Positions 9,925 through 18,645 of a DNA stretch of 64,000 nt are shown piece by piece (the first letter of the stretch is position 1; every line of letters begins with the position of its first letter). This stretch comes from an uncultured Verrucomicrobiae bacterium (lineage in GTDB: Bacteria; Verrucomicrobiota; Verrucomicrobiia; Limisphaerales; Palsa-1400), in NCBI GenBank assembly GCA_963764165.1, contig CAVXRD010000002.1, forward strand, positions 2,976,001 to 3,040,000, in the 5' to 3' direction. The notes beneath the pieces were generated by a model that was not told the origin of the DNA, ran no database searches, and worked only from the letters and a program-made list of their open reading frames with translations. The position numbers were made by a program, and so were the translations under genes.

Positions 9925-11430
9925 ATGAACGAACTAGAACCGGAACAAATGCCGACACAAACTCAAACCGAAATCCAATTGCCAGCCGGGGTTCAACCCC
10001 CGCCAGATCTGTCAACCGCCGTCCCGCCGCAAATCAAACCCCGCTTCGAACCGCCCGCGCCCGTCCGCCGCTCGTGGGTTGCGGTGACCCGGCCTTGGCC
10101 GGAGCCGGTAGATGGCGGGTTGCTGCTTGACGAATTATCCCAGTTACTGGCGCGCTTTGTCGTCCTGCCGCCGCACGCGGCTGATACGCTCGCGCTGTGG
10201 ATTGTTCATAGTTACGCCTTTGAATTTCGCGACGTCACCGCTTATCTCGGCATCGAATCGCCCGAGAAACGCTGCGGAAAAACCACCCTGCTATCCGTTT
10301 TGAACGAGCTGGTCAGCCGCCCCATCGCCGCCGCCAACGTCAGCGCCCCGGCCTTTTTCCGCGTCATTGAAGAAGCTCGCCCGACTCTGCTCATCGACGA
10401 AGCCGACACGTTCCTGGAAGGCAACGACGGCCTGCGCGGCATTTTGAATTCCGGTTACACCCGCAACACCGCCTTCGTCATGCGCGTCGGCTTCCAGGAC
10501 AGCAAGGAAACGATGGCTTCGGCGACGAACACCGGCGGCAGTTTATGCATAAACGTGGCCACGACCTCGGACGCCTCGGGCGGAAGTTCCGCCTCCCGGA
10601 TGCGTCCCTGCCTCGAAGAGGAAACGAAGAGCGGCGCGGCTAGCCGGCTCGCCCGCTATTCCTGCTGGTGCCCCAAAGTGATGGCCACCATTGGCCGATT
10701 GCCGGAAACATTGGCCGACCGCTGCATTGTTATCCGAATGCAGCGCAAATCCAAATTCGAGCGATGCGAGCGAGTGCGGGACATCGATCGCGCCGCAGCC
10801 GCCCGGCTGCGCCAGCAATGCCTCCGCTTCGCCTACGACCACGCCGAAGCCATCACCGCCGCCAAGCCCGCTGTCCCCGCCGAGTTGAACGACCGCGCCG
10901 CCGACATCTGGGAACCGCTCCTGGCCCTGGCCGACCTTGCCGGAGGCGAATGGCCCGAGCGCAGCCGCCGCGCCGCCGAGAATCTGGGGGGCTGCGGCGA
11001 ACTCCACGGCCCCACCGCCTCGCTGCTGGCCGATCTTCTCATCCATTTCACCGAGTTCGAGAACCCCGCCACTTTCAGCCGCGAAGTCGTCGGATACTTG
11101 AACCGGCAGATCCAGGAAAACCAATCCCGCCCATGGATGGCCTTGCGAACAAAAAAGGAAATCGACGAACTATGGCTGTCGCGCCAGCTTGCCCCCTACG
11201 GCCTCCGCCCCCGCACCGTGCGATTTGGCGGAACCACCGCCAAAGGATATGTGAAAGAAGATTTCACCGAAGTCTTCCGCCGCTACGTCCCCAAATCCGC
11301 CGTGGACGAAGTGTTTCAGAGGCCGGTGGAGGAGGGGGAAGAGCCGATGCCGGAGGCATCCCGTCCTATAACCGATGAGCCAACGGAGCGCGGTTGTGTC
11401 GAAGACCAACCGCAGCCATGTCAAAAATAG
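9925..11430 (+). CDS. DUF3631-type replication-associated P-loop protein of mobile elements
   Basis: PWPEPVDG..LLDE, LALW, SPEKRCGKTT (Walker A), LLIDEAD, GILNSG, DRAADIWEPL and AKGY...F...F.RY. Confidence 0.8.
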   Translation: MNELEPEQMPTQTQTEIQLPAGVQPPPDLSTAVPPQIKPRFEPPAPVRRSWVAVTRPWPEPVDGGLLLDELSQLLARFVVLPPHAADTLALWIVHSYAFEFRDVTAYLGIESPEKRCGKTTLLSVLNELVSRPIAAANVSAPAFFRVIEEARPTLLIDEADTFLEGNDGLRGILNSGYTRNTAFVMRVGFQDSKETMASATNTGGSLCINVATTSDASGGSSASRMRPCLEEETKSGAASRLARYSCWCPKVMATIGRLPETLADRCIVIRMQRKSKFERCERVRDIDRAAAARLRQQCLRFAYDHAEAITAAKPAVPAELNDRAADIWEPLLALADLAGGEWPERSRRAAENLGGCGELHGPTASLLADLLIHFTEFENPATFSREVVGYLNRQIQENQSRPWMALRTKKEIDELWLSRQLAPYGLRPRTVRFGGTTAKGYVKEDFTEVFRRYVPKSAVDEVFQRPVEEGEEPMPEASRPITDEPTERGCVEDQPQPCQK

Positions 11431-11498
11431 CACATTTCGAGCATCCATGAGCGGCGATTGCTCCAAGCGCTGCGGCTGGTCTTCGACACAGCCGCGCT
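11384..11498. repeat. palindromic repeat pair (ggagcgcggYtgtgtcgaagacca family), copy 1
   Basis: Inverted arms at 11384-11416 and 11467-11498; near-identical copy at 18799-18899. Confidence 0.85.
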
Positions 11499-11504
11499 TG
11501 ACAT

Positions 11505-11741
11505 CTATAAATCGTCCCCGGGTTCTGGCGGGACATTTGGAATTTTGGCCATTGCGGCTTCGAATTTTTCGCGGCTGCCGCGTTGCGCGCGCTGCTCCAA
11601 CTCCCTGAAATCCTCGCAGGCGCGGGCGAGCTCTTCGAGCTTTCGCAGCGCAAAAACATTCACCGATTGATGGTCGTGAGACGCCAGACTTTCCAGCTTC
11701 TCGTAAACGTCATCGGGCATGTTCAATTCAATGGCTTTCAT
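11505..11741 (-). CDS. ribbon-helix-helix antitoxin-like protein
   Basis: MKAIELNMPDDVYEKLESLA...SVNVF...LEQRAQRGSREKF; directly downstream of a PIN remnant. Confidence 0.75.
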   Translation of the reverse strand: MKAIELNMPDDVYEKLESLASHDHQSVNVFALRKLEELARACEDFRELEQRAQRGSREKFEAAMAKIPNVPPEPGDDL

Positions 11742-11743
11742 TT

Positions 11744-11833
11744 CTATTCGCCTATCAATTTGAGCAGTTCCGCGGGCTTAATGATTTCGATGCCGAAATC
11801 CAAGGCCGCACGGACGTGCCGCTCGTTGAAGGA
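11744..11833 (-). pseudogene. 3' remnant of a PIN-family toxin
   Basis: Minus strand reads SFNERHVRAALDFGIEIIKPAELLKLIGE*, resembling PIN toxin C-termini; in-frame TAA immediately upstream and no start. Confidence 0.65.
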
Positions 11834-11911
11834 TTACCATAAATTACCGTCGCAAAGACATCTCAGCTCAATTTCTTCTTGTCAACCAATTTCTGATTTT
11901 ATAATTTTGTC

Positions 11912-12730
11912 ATGATGGCTAACGACACTGAACTGCAAAGGCAATTGGATATTGAATACTCCATCCTAAGACTTCGGCTTTTCGCTGGCGCGGCATCCGT
12001 AAAGGCCTTAATGTCCATGATGTTCTTGGGCTTAGCGTCCTCCGCGTCTCGGTCCCTCTCGCAAGCCAAGGCTTTTGCGGCTTTGGCCAATCCAACAGTT
12101 GAGCAAAAGAAGGATTATGAATTGATTCGGCTTATGAACAGTTCGGTTTCTGAACCGGCCATTGCAGGGGCGGAAGCAGCGACGATAATCTATGCTCATG
12201 CAATCTTGGACGCTGTGCTTTGTGGATTGTGCCGCCTCTCAGCAAAAATAGACCCAAGTCCCTGGGCCGCATTTCTAGAAAAAAAGCAGATCACTCTCCT
12301 CGACGCAAAGTCTTCGCGCATTAGCGACTTAGAGAATAAACTTATCGAACACTACCTCGGACAACTTGAGCGGGAATCATTGCTGTCAAAAAGCGATGTG
12401 TTGTTCAAAGTCATAAAACCGAAGTCCGCACGAGGCACCAAGAAAGGGTTTAAATTCTCACGGCAGAGGCTCGAAGAGTTGGATCGTCTTCGCCATGGCA
12501 TTGTTCACGGACTAAATTTTCAATGCCGCCTCAAACGCGCAGAAGCAAAATGCGATTATCTATTGAATACTGGCCAATTCTTCATGTCATTGGTGGCGAA
12601 ACATCATAATATCCCAACAAGATCTGAAGACTTAGAAGAAAAGGTGAGGGACGCGGTCGAAATGGTAGCTCTAAGGTGGGAAGCCGTCGATTCGATGGAA
12701 ACTACTCCTTCGACCAACCCGAATTCGTGA
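11912..12730 (+). CDS. putative HEPN-domain protein (predicted RNase)
   Basis: LEELDRLRHGIVHG (Rx4H) near the C-terminus, upstream IIYAHAILD helix; visibly AT-richer DNA. Confidence 0.6.
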   Translation: MMANDTELQRQLDIEYSILRLRLFAGAASVKALMSMMFLGLASSASRSLSQAKAFAALANPTVEQKKDYELIRLMNSSVSEPAIAGAEAATIIYAHAILDAVLCGLCRLSAKIDPSPWAAFLEKKQITLLDAKSSRISDLENKLIEHYLGQLERESLLSKSDVLFKVIKPKSARGTKKGFKFSRQRLEELDRLRHGIVHGLNFQCRLKRAEAKCDYLLNTGQFFMSLVAKHHNIPTRSEDLEEKVRDAVEMVALRWEAVDSMETTPSTNPNS

Positions 12731-12842
12731 AAGCTCAATTGAACATAATCACATCTACGATGCGGCAACAGGTCGCGAATCAAGGGCGAATAATTATGCA
12801 ATCGTACTGGAATGCCCCATTTCCGGTGTGGGGATCTGATAT

Positions 12843-13760
12843 ATGAGTGAGTGGACCAAACAACGCCTCGACGAAATGATAGCTGACTGCGTGGAGGAAA
12901 GCTTCTCTCTCGATTACAAGCGGGCTGACTCACTTGCTAAGTCGGACGGCAAGAAACGGGAAGTTACGAAGGATGTTGCATCTTTTGCAAACTCAGCGGG
13001 CGGTATTCTGATTTACGGCATTGCCGAATACGAAGATGAGCCACGCAAACACAGACCGGAACGGATCGATGCTATTGTGCGGGACGACATTTCAAAAGAG
13101 TGGCTTGACCAGGTAATTCAAACAATTCAACCGCGAATCGACGGAGTCATCATCCATCCGGTCACAATTTCTGAGTCTAACAACACTGTCTGTTACGTGG
13201 TCGAAGTGCCGCAGTCGCACACGGCACACATGGCACGCGACCACCGATATCATAAGCGTCTCAATTTCACCACGGCAGAAATGGAGGATTATGAGGTTAG
13301 AGATGTAATGGCTCGCCGAAGCCGACCGAAGGTCAGAGCGTCCTTGTTCATTAACAAGCGAGCTGATCGCTTTAAACCGGAAGGGCTTATATTGGTCAAG
13401 GTGGAGAATTACGGGAGTATTCTCGTGAGAGACTTTATGATTGAACTGGAGATACCGTACGATGTGGGCGGGCTAATCCATGTCGAACATCCCATGACTT
13501 GCGGCCAAGACAAGGATGGTGATTTCTATCGGGTTAGAATGACGCCCGAGTATCCCGCACCGCCGTTATTTCCGATGTCCAATAAGACACTCCTACGCAA
13601 GATTTATACTGACGTGCAGATTCATACCTTAGATAATCATCCGATAAAGGCCCGCCCATATTTAGGCGTAGGTGTTTTCGCTGACGAGATGCCGCCTATT
13701 CGCGCCAAATTAGCGTTGGCCGCTGTGCTCGCAGGATGGACTGATGTTCAAAGACCATAG
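12843..13760 (+). CDS. Schlafen/AlbA_2 domain protein with an unrecognised C-terminal domain
   Basis: EESFSLDYK, KDVASFANSAGGILIYGI, VVEVPQS..AH and YHKR...T..MEDYEVRD. Confidence 0.88.
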   Translation: MSEWTKQRLDEMIADCVEESFSLDYKRADSLAKSDGKKREVTKDVASFANSAGGILIYGIAEYEDEPRKHRPERIDAIVRDDISKEWLDQVIQTIQPRIDGVIIHPVTISESNNTVCYVVEVPQSHTAHMARDHRYHKRLNFTTAEMEDYEVRDVMARRSRPKVRASLFINKRADRFKPEGLILVKVENYGSILVRDFMIELEIPYDVGGLIHVEHPMTCGQDKDGDFYRVRMTPEYPAPPLFPMSNKTLLRKIYTDVQIHTLDNHPIKARPYLGVGVFADEMPPIRAKLALAAVLAGWTDVQRP

Positions 13761-13929
13761 GAGCAAAGAGGGCGTCAGACCAACATAATCACATATTTTC
13801 GACCGAAAGCCCATGGGTGAATGGCGTCATGGCGCGGCACTGGCACGCCCTCCCGATGTGCGGTTCGCATGAATGTCGGTCCCGGTGGTATCGCTTAGCA
13901 GGCTTCGCTCAACCACCGGCTATTGGCTT

Positions 13930-14305
13930 TGAGTCCTCCGGCAAGGGCAATTGAGATCGGTAGGCCGCGGATTGACGCAGATCAGCGCAGATTTTTTCTG
14001 AAAAGGGCCGATGAAGCGGTGCGGGTCCGAACCATCTCAGCAGCCCCGTGCAGGGGCGGAATCGTTGTAGAAATCCAACCCAACCACTACTTCCAAGCTC
14101 CGTCCAGGAGCGGCATCGTCAACCGGCTGGCATGCGTTGGCCGCCTGTATGCGCGGAATGTGTCGCACCCTACGGGGCTTGGGCCTTTTACTTCGTGGTT
14201 GCTACAAATATGCCGTGCCGAACGGCACTCACCGGCCATGGTGTTTTGACAATTCCATCATCTGGATTGATTTCATCTGCGTCCATCTGCGTGAATCTGC
14301 GGCTA
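13930..14305. repeat. composite palindromic module, copy 1
   Basis: Shares gatgaagcggtgcgggtccga, cttccaagctccgtccaggagcggcatcgtcaaccggct and gtcgcaccctacggggcttgg...gctacaaata with copies at 14930, 16295 and 18310. Confidence 0.85.
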
Positions 14306-14395
14306 ATTCAATCATTGGCGATCATTTGAGAATGCCATTCGCTTGACCTCGACTTTGCTTGCCAAAACGATCGTATTCGCCGAAGGTTTAAACGC

Positions 14396-14641
14396 ATGAG
14401 CATTGCCGCTGAGAAAATGGCCGAGGTCCTGGCCTTGCCGGAACAAGATCGGGCGTTCCTCGCCCGACAACTTATCGCCAGCCTCGACGACAGTTTTGAC
14501 GCTGATGCGGAGACGCAGTGGCAGGAGATCATTGATCGGCGGTCCCGGGAAATCGAGGAAGGCAAAGTCAACTGCCGTCCGGTGGAGCAGGTTATCCAAG
14601 ACATCCGCGATAAGATTCATGCGAGTCGTCAGCCATCCTGA
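14396..14641 (+). CDS. putative addiction-module antitoxin
   Basis: LALPEQDRAFLARQLIASLD...WQEIIDRR..EIEEG; overlaps the toxin gene. Confidence 0.88.
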   Translation: MSIAAEKMAEVLALPEQDRAFLARQLIASLDDSFDADAETQWQEIIDRRSREIEEGKVNCRPVEQVIQDIRDKIHASRQPS

Positions 14642-14918
14642 AGCCGATCAGGAACTGGAGGCGGCGGCGTTGTGGTATGAGGAGCGCCAACCGGGATTGG
14701 GCGAGGACTTTCTTGATGAGTTTGAACGGACGCTGGGACAGATCGTGGCCGCGCCGGAGCGCTCTCGGAAAATTTTGGGTGACAATCGAAAGCTCAACCT
14801 CGACCGCTTTCCCTTCGCCATCGTTTACAGTGCGCGTGACGACGTGCTGTATATCAAAGCCGTCACGCATTTGCACCGCCGTCCGTTTTATTGGACGCGC
14901 CGCCAGACCTCAAACTAA
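14619..14918 (+). CDS. RelE/ParE family toxin
   Basis: HPEADQELEAAALWYEERQPGLGEDF...RFPFAIVY...AVTHLHRRPFYW. Confidence 0.9.
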   Translation: MRVVSHPEADQELEAAALWYEERQPGLGEDFLDEFERTLGQIVAAPERSRKILGDNRKLNLDRFPFAIVYSARDDVLYIKAVTHLHRRPFYWTRRQTSN

Positions 14919-14929
14919 AGGCAGGCTTG

Positions 14930-15404
14930 GAGCCTCCGGCGTCAGCGGCAATTGCGAGCGGCAGGCCGCAGATTGACGCGGATCAACGCAGATTTTTTCT
15001 GAAAACGGCCGATGAAGCGGTGCGGGTCCGAGCCGGGTCAGCAGCCCCGTCCAGGGGCGGAATCTTTGTAGAAAGCGAACCCTCCCATAACTTCCAAGCT
15101 CCGTCCAGGAGCGGCATCGTCAACCGGCTTGCATTGGCCTTTTGTGTGCGCGAAAGGTGTCGCACCCTACGGGGCTTGGCACTTTTACTTCGTGGTTGCT
15201 ATAAATATGGCGTGCCTAACGGCACTCACCGGCCACGGCGCTTCGACGACTCGATCTCAGTGCTCACCCGCTTCCAATCACACGCCGCTCGACCAACCGG
15301 CCTGTTAAATTCGAGGAAATTTGGGCGAACGCGCAGGTCCGCCCTACCGAATTAAGGTATGGCGGACCTGCGTCGCCGCCCACTAATTTTCCGCCGCTTT
15401 GCGC
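14930..15404. repeat. composite palindromic module, copy 2
   Basis: High similarity to 13930-14240 and then to 16360-16580; ends in a gcaggtccgccctacc/ggcggacctgc pair. Confidence 0.85.
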
Positions 15405-15530
15405 CCCCTATTGGCCGCAGGTCCAAGCCAGGAATTCTTCCGGATCTCACCCACTTCCATTCACACTTCGCTAAATCAAATGTCGTCATGACATATTGAA
15501 GGAACGGGCGGCTTTTGCTAAATTGACATC

Positions 15531-16280
15531 GTGCGAACTATCTGGATGGCGGTTTTGGCTTTAAGCGTCATGCTTGTGGCTGGTTGCGCCTCGCAGCTTG
15601 GCCGCGATCAGGACCTCCAAACTTTACCCGACAGACTGCCTTCTGCTTCATTTCCAGATCATTTCAAAGTCGACCCGTATATCGCCGCTGCGCAGCAGCT
15701 CCAGAAAATGGGGCGGAAGGCGGCGGCGAGGCAGTTGATGGAGTGGGCAGATGGCTGGGCGATTACGCTCGGACGACGGCCGCTGCAGCGGCTTGCGGCG
15801 CCGGGCGAGCAGCGTTGGCAATCTTCACCTTCCACGGAGGTTTCGATGCCCAAAAAATTGAGCATCGATGACGAAGTCAAGATTTATGTGTTGTGCCGGA
15901 TGCTGTTTGTCGCGCGCCCGGGTTCGAGATTCGACCCTCCTTTTTTTGGTGATCCTGCATTCATGGGAATACACGGGCCCACGCGACCGTTGACAAACGG
16001 GTTCGGAAGCTTTGACTTTCCTTTGTGGCCTCTATGCCCAATCGAAATTGTTGACGGAGTGCCATTTCTCATCACCCAAGGTTATGTAAGGGAAGGCTTT
16101 ATTGATCCGATTGAAGTCGAGATGTACGTGAAATACTGCCTCAAGTATTGTGATTGGTCCCCGGTTCAATTCTCTCCCAAGACCGGGGAGCAAAAGACAG
16201 CCGCTATGGAAAAACTTCTCGCATCGCCAAACTTCAGAGGGGCGCATGCGCGCGAGTATTTGCGTGCCGAAATCGAATGA
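15531..16280 (+). CDS. hypothetical lipoprotein
   Basis: LVAGC lipobox; 249-aa ORF between repeat modules. Confidence 0.75.
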   Translation: MRTIWMAVLALSVMLVAGCASQLGRDQDLQTLPDRLPSASFPDHFKVDPYIAAAQQLQKMGRKAAARQLMEWADGWAITLGRRPLQRLAAPGEQRWQSSPSTEVSMPKKLSIDDEVKIYVLCRMLFVARPGSRFDPPFFGDPAFMGIHGPTRPLTNGFGSFDFPLWPLCPIEIVDGVPFLITQGYVREGFIDPIEVEMYVKYCLKYCDWSPVQFSPKTGEQKTAAMEKLLASPNFRGAHAREYLRAEIE

Positions 16281-16294
16281 CGGCTTCGGCCTTG

Positions 16295-16592
16295 AGGAGT
16301 GGAATCTTTGTAGAAATGGAACTAACCCCATACTGCGGAATCGTCAATCGGCTCGGGTTGCCGTTATGTGCGGAATGTGTCGCGACCCTACGGGGCTTGG
16401 GACTCTTACTCCGTGGTTGCTACAAATATAGCGTGCCTAAAGGCACTCACCGGCCACGACGTTTCGACGACTCGATCTCAGCGCTCACCCGCTTCCAATC
16501 ACCCCGCGCTCGACCAACCGGCCTGCAAAATTGGATGAAATTTGGGCGGACACGCAGGTCCGCCCTACCAAAGTAAGGTAGGGACGCCTCGC
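16295..16592. repeat. composite palindromic module, copy 3 (partial)
   Basis: ggaatctttgtagaaa, ccctacggggcttgg, ggcactcaccggccacg and cgcaggtccgccctacc shared with copy 2. Confidence 0.8.
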
Positions 16593-16593
16593 A

Positions 16594-18276
16594 GAGACTG
16601 TCTCAAAACGTTTTAGTCTGGCCGATCTGGTTATATGGGCACCAATAGGGGCTGTGGAAACGGGTGTCAACTTTTAGTTGTCAGAGCGTGGCTGGCGTCA
16701 GCGATGACGCCAAGCTTCCCTTTCCCTCCTTTTTTAGGCCGCCATCGCCAAATTTCCTTCAACCGCGGCGGTTTTGACTTCCATTTTCGGCGTCTGGACC
16801 CGGGCCTGCCACTTTTTATAGAGGATTCGCAGGTTCAAGGTGGCGCATAACAAGGCCCATTGGGCTTGCACGGCTTCCAGACCCCAAACTGTCCAACGCC
16901 GAAAGCCGTCGTGTTGCTTGAGCTGCCCAAACCGGCGTTCGATGATCTCTTTGCGCTTTCCATAAAGCGCGGCGGGTCCTGGCTCTTGCAGCCGGGCCCG
17001 CATGGCTTGCACCAGCGTGGTGTGCGGCCACACTTCGACTTGCCGCCCTTTGGGATCGCGGCTGCAGAGGGCGCGCACGGGACAGTCTCGGTGATGGCAG
17101 CGGAAGCGCTCAACGGTCTGGCCTTTCTTGGTGGTCTGGCCTTCGTGGTCCAGAAGGCGCTCTTGCGGGCAGGTGACGGTGTGGGCCGCCTCGTCATAAT
17201 GAAAATGCTGCGTCGCGTAGGCGTTGTCGTGGGCTGGCTTGCCCTCCGCCGGCGGGGCCAGCACATTCATCTGCTGTTCCACGGCCGCTTTCAAGTCGGC
17301 CCCGCCCCCATAGCCGGCGTCGGCGGCGGTGAGGGTTGGAATGGCCGCCGGACCGAGGTTTTGCCTCGCTTCTTCAATCATGGGGACCAGCTGGCCGGCG
17401 TCGGTTTCCTGGCGGGTGGCTTGACAGGCGACCATGATGCCCTCCTGGCTGTCGGCCACCGCCTGGGCGTTGTAGGCAAAGCGGTTGGTGTCGCCGACTT
17501 TCATCCGGCGCGCCTCCGGTTCGGCTGGATGGTAATGGTGGCGCCCGTCGGCCTGCAGCTGGGCCAGGCCTTTTTTGATTTCCTCGCGCAGGGCCTGGCG
17601 CTGGGCCAACCCGGCGGGCAGCCGGCAGCCCGGTGCGCTGGAATCCTGGTTCTCCGCCACGACTTTGAGCTCGATTTCCTCCAAGGCGCCATCCAGCTGG
17701 GCCAGGAGCTTCTCCATGTAAACCTTGCTCCAGCCCTGCGGCCCGCTGCAGGCGGCTTGAATCTTGGTGCCGTCCAACGCTTGCAAGGCAAATCCCACCG
17801 CCCCGGTGCGGAGGGCCAGCTGCACGGTTTGCTTGAAAACCTGGCGCAGGGCCTTTTTGTTTCCGTCCCAGAACCGCCAGAGGCTGTTGTGGTCGGGGGC
17901 GTTGAGCCCCGTCAGCCACAGCAGCGAGACATGCTCCGTGCAGGCGGTTTCCAGCTTGCGGGTGGAGCGAATGCGGTGGAAATAACCGTAAAGCCAAATC
18001 TTGAGCAGGAGGCTGGGGGCATAGGGCGGACGGCCTTCGGCGGCGGCGGGAATGACAAACCCAAGCTGGGGCAGATCCAACTGGTCGACAAATTCGCGCA
18101 GGAAGCGGGCGGGATGGTCGGCGGACACCCAGTCCTCCAGGGCGGGCGGGAGGAGGAACTGCTGTCCGTAATCAGGGGCAATCGGTTGAGCCATATTTGT
18201 TGAACGGCATTGTCAACTAAAGGCTCACATATTGTCAAATACATTCCTCAAAAAACAGAAGTTTTGAGACAATCTC
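16594..18276 (-). mobile_element. IS1182-family insertion sequence
   Basis: Terminal inverted repeats cgcagagactgtctcaaaac (16590-16609) and gttttgagacaatctctgcg (18261-18280), 19/20 match, enclosing a transposase. Confidence 0.9.
16734..18194 (-). CDS. IS1182 family DDE transposase
   Basis: QQFLLPPALEDW, GRPPYAP..LLKIWLYGY, PDHNSL, ALDGTKIQA, YNAQ, ADAGY and IERRFG.LK. Confidence 0.95.
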   Translation of the reverse strand: MAQPIAPDYGQQFLLPPALEDWVSADHPARFLREFVDQLDLPQLGFVIPAAAEGRPPYAPSLLLKIWLYGYFHRIRSTRKLETACTEHVSLLWLTGLNAPDHNSLWRFWDGNKKALRQVFKQTVQLALRTGAVGFALQALDGTKIQAACSGPQGWSKVYMEKLLAQLDGALEEIELKVVAENQDSSAPGCRLPAGLAQRQALREEIKKGLAQLQADGRHHYHPAEPEARRMKVGDTNRFAYNAQAVADSQEGIMVACQATRQETDAGQLVPMIEEARQNLGPAAIPTLTAADAGYGGGADLKAAVEQQMNVLAPPAEGKPAHDNAYATQHFHYDEAAHTVTCPQERLLDHEGQTTKKGQTVERFRCHHRDCPVRALCSRDPKGRQVEVWPHTTLVQAMRARLQEPGPAALYGKRKEIIERRFGQLKQHDGFRRWTVWGLEAVQAQWALLCATLNLRILYKKWQARVQTPKMEVKTAAVEGNLAMAA

Positions 18277-18541
18277 TGCGTCGCCGCCCACTAGTTTTCC
18301 TCCGCTTTGCGCGCGGAATATGCCGCACCCTGCCGGGCTTGGCACTTTTACGTCGTTGCTACAAATATGGCCTGCCGAATGGCACTCAGCGGCCACGGCG
18401 TTTTGACAATTCCATCATGAGGATTGATTTTATCTGCGTTAATCTGCGGCTACTACCATCAATGACGATCTTCTGAGAAAGCCATTGGCTTGGTCTCGAC
18501 TTTGCTTGCCAAGACGATCGTATTCGCCGATGGTTAAACGC
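18277..18541. repeat. composite palindromic module, copy 4, plus a duplicated TA upstream region
   Basis: Similar to 15369-15404 and then to 14150-14395. Confidence 0.8.
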
Positions 18542-18645
18542 ATGAGCATTGCCGCTGAGAAAATGGCCGAGGTGCTGGCCTTGCCGGAACAAGATCGGGC
18601 CTTCCTCGCCCGACAACTTATCGCCAGCCTCGACGACACTTTCGA
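18542..18645 (+). pseudogene. truncated second copy of the addiction-module antitoxin
   Basis: MSIAAEKMAEVLALPEQDRAFLARQLIASLDD is identical to the 14396 protein, then diverges; no toxin follows. Confidence 0.85.

Noticed and set aside
9031..9928. Short ORFs upstream of the DUF3631-type gene
   Set aside because: They overlap repeat elements and read as repeat-derived peptides
12777..12804. Fourth, inverted dif-like site (TTATGCAATCG arm)
   Set aside because: Match too weak to distinguish from AT-rich promoter sequence
13923..16576. Similar ORFs 13923-14249, 14891-15355 and 16154-16576 as a protein family
   Set aside because: They are translations of the palindromic modules, with inconsistent frames and starts
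13930..18540. CRISPR array or integron attC array
   Set aside because: Repeats are long, irregular mosaics without constant-length spacers; no cas or intI gene; no convincing RYYYAAC...GTTRRRY pairs
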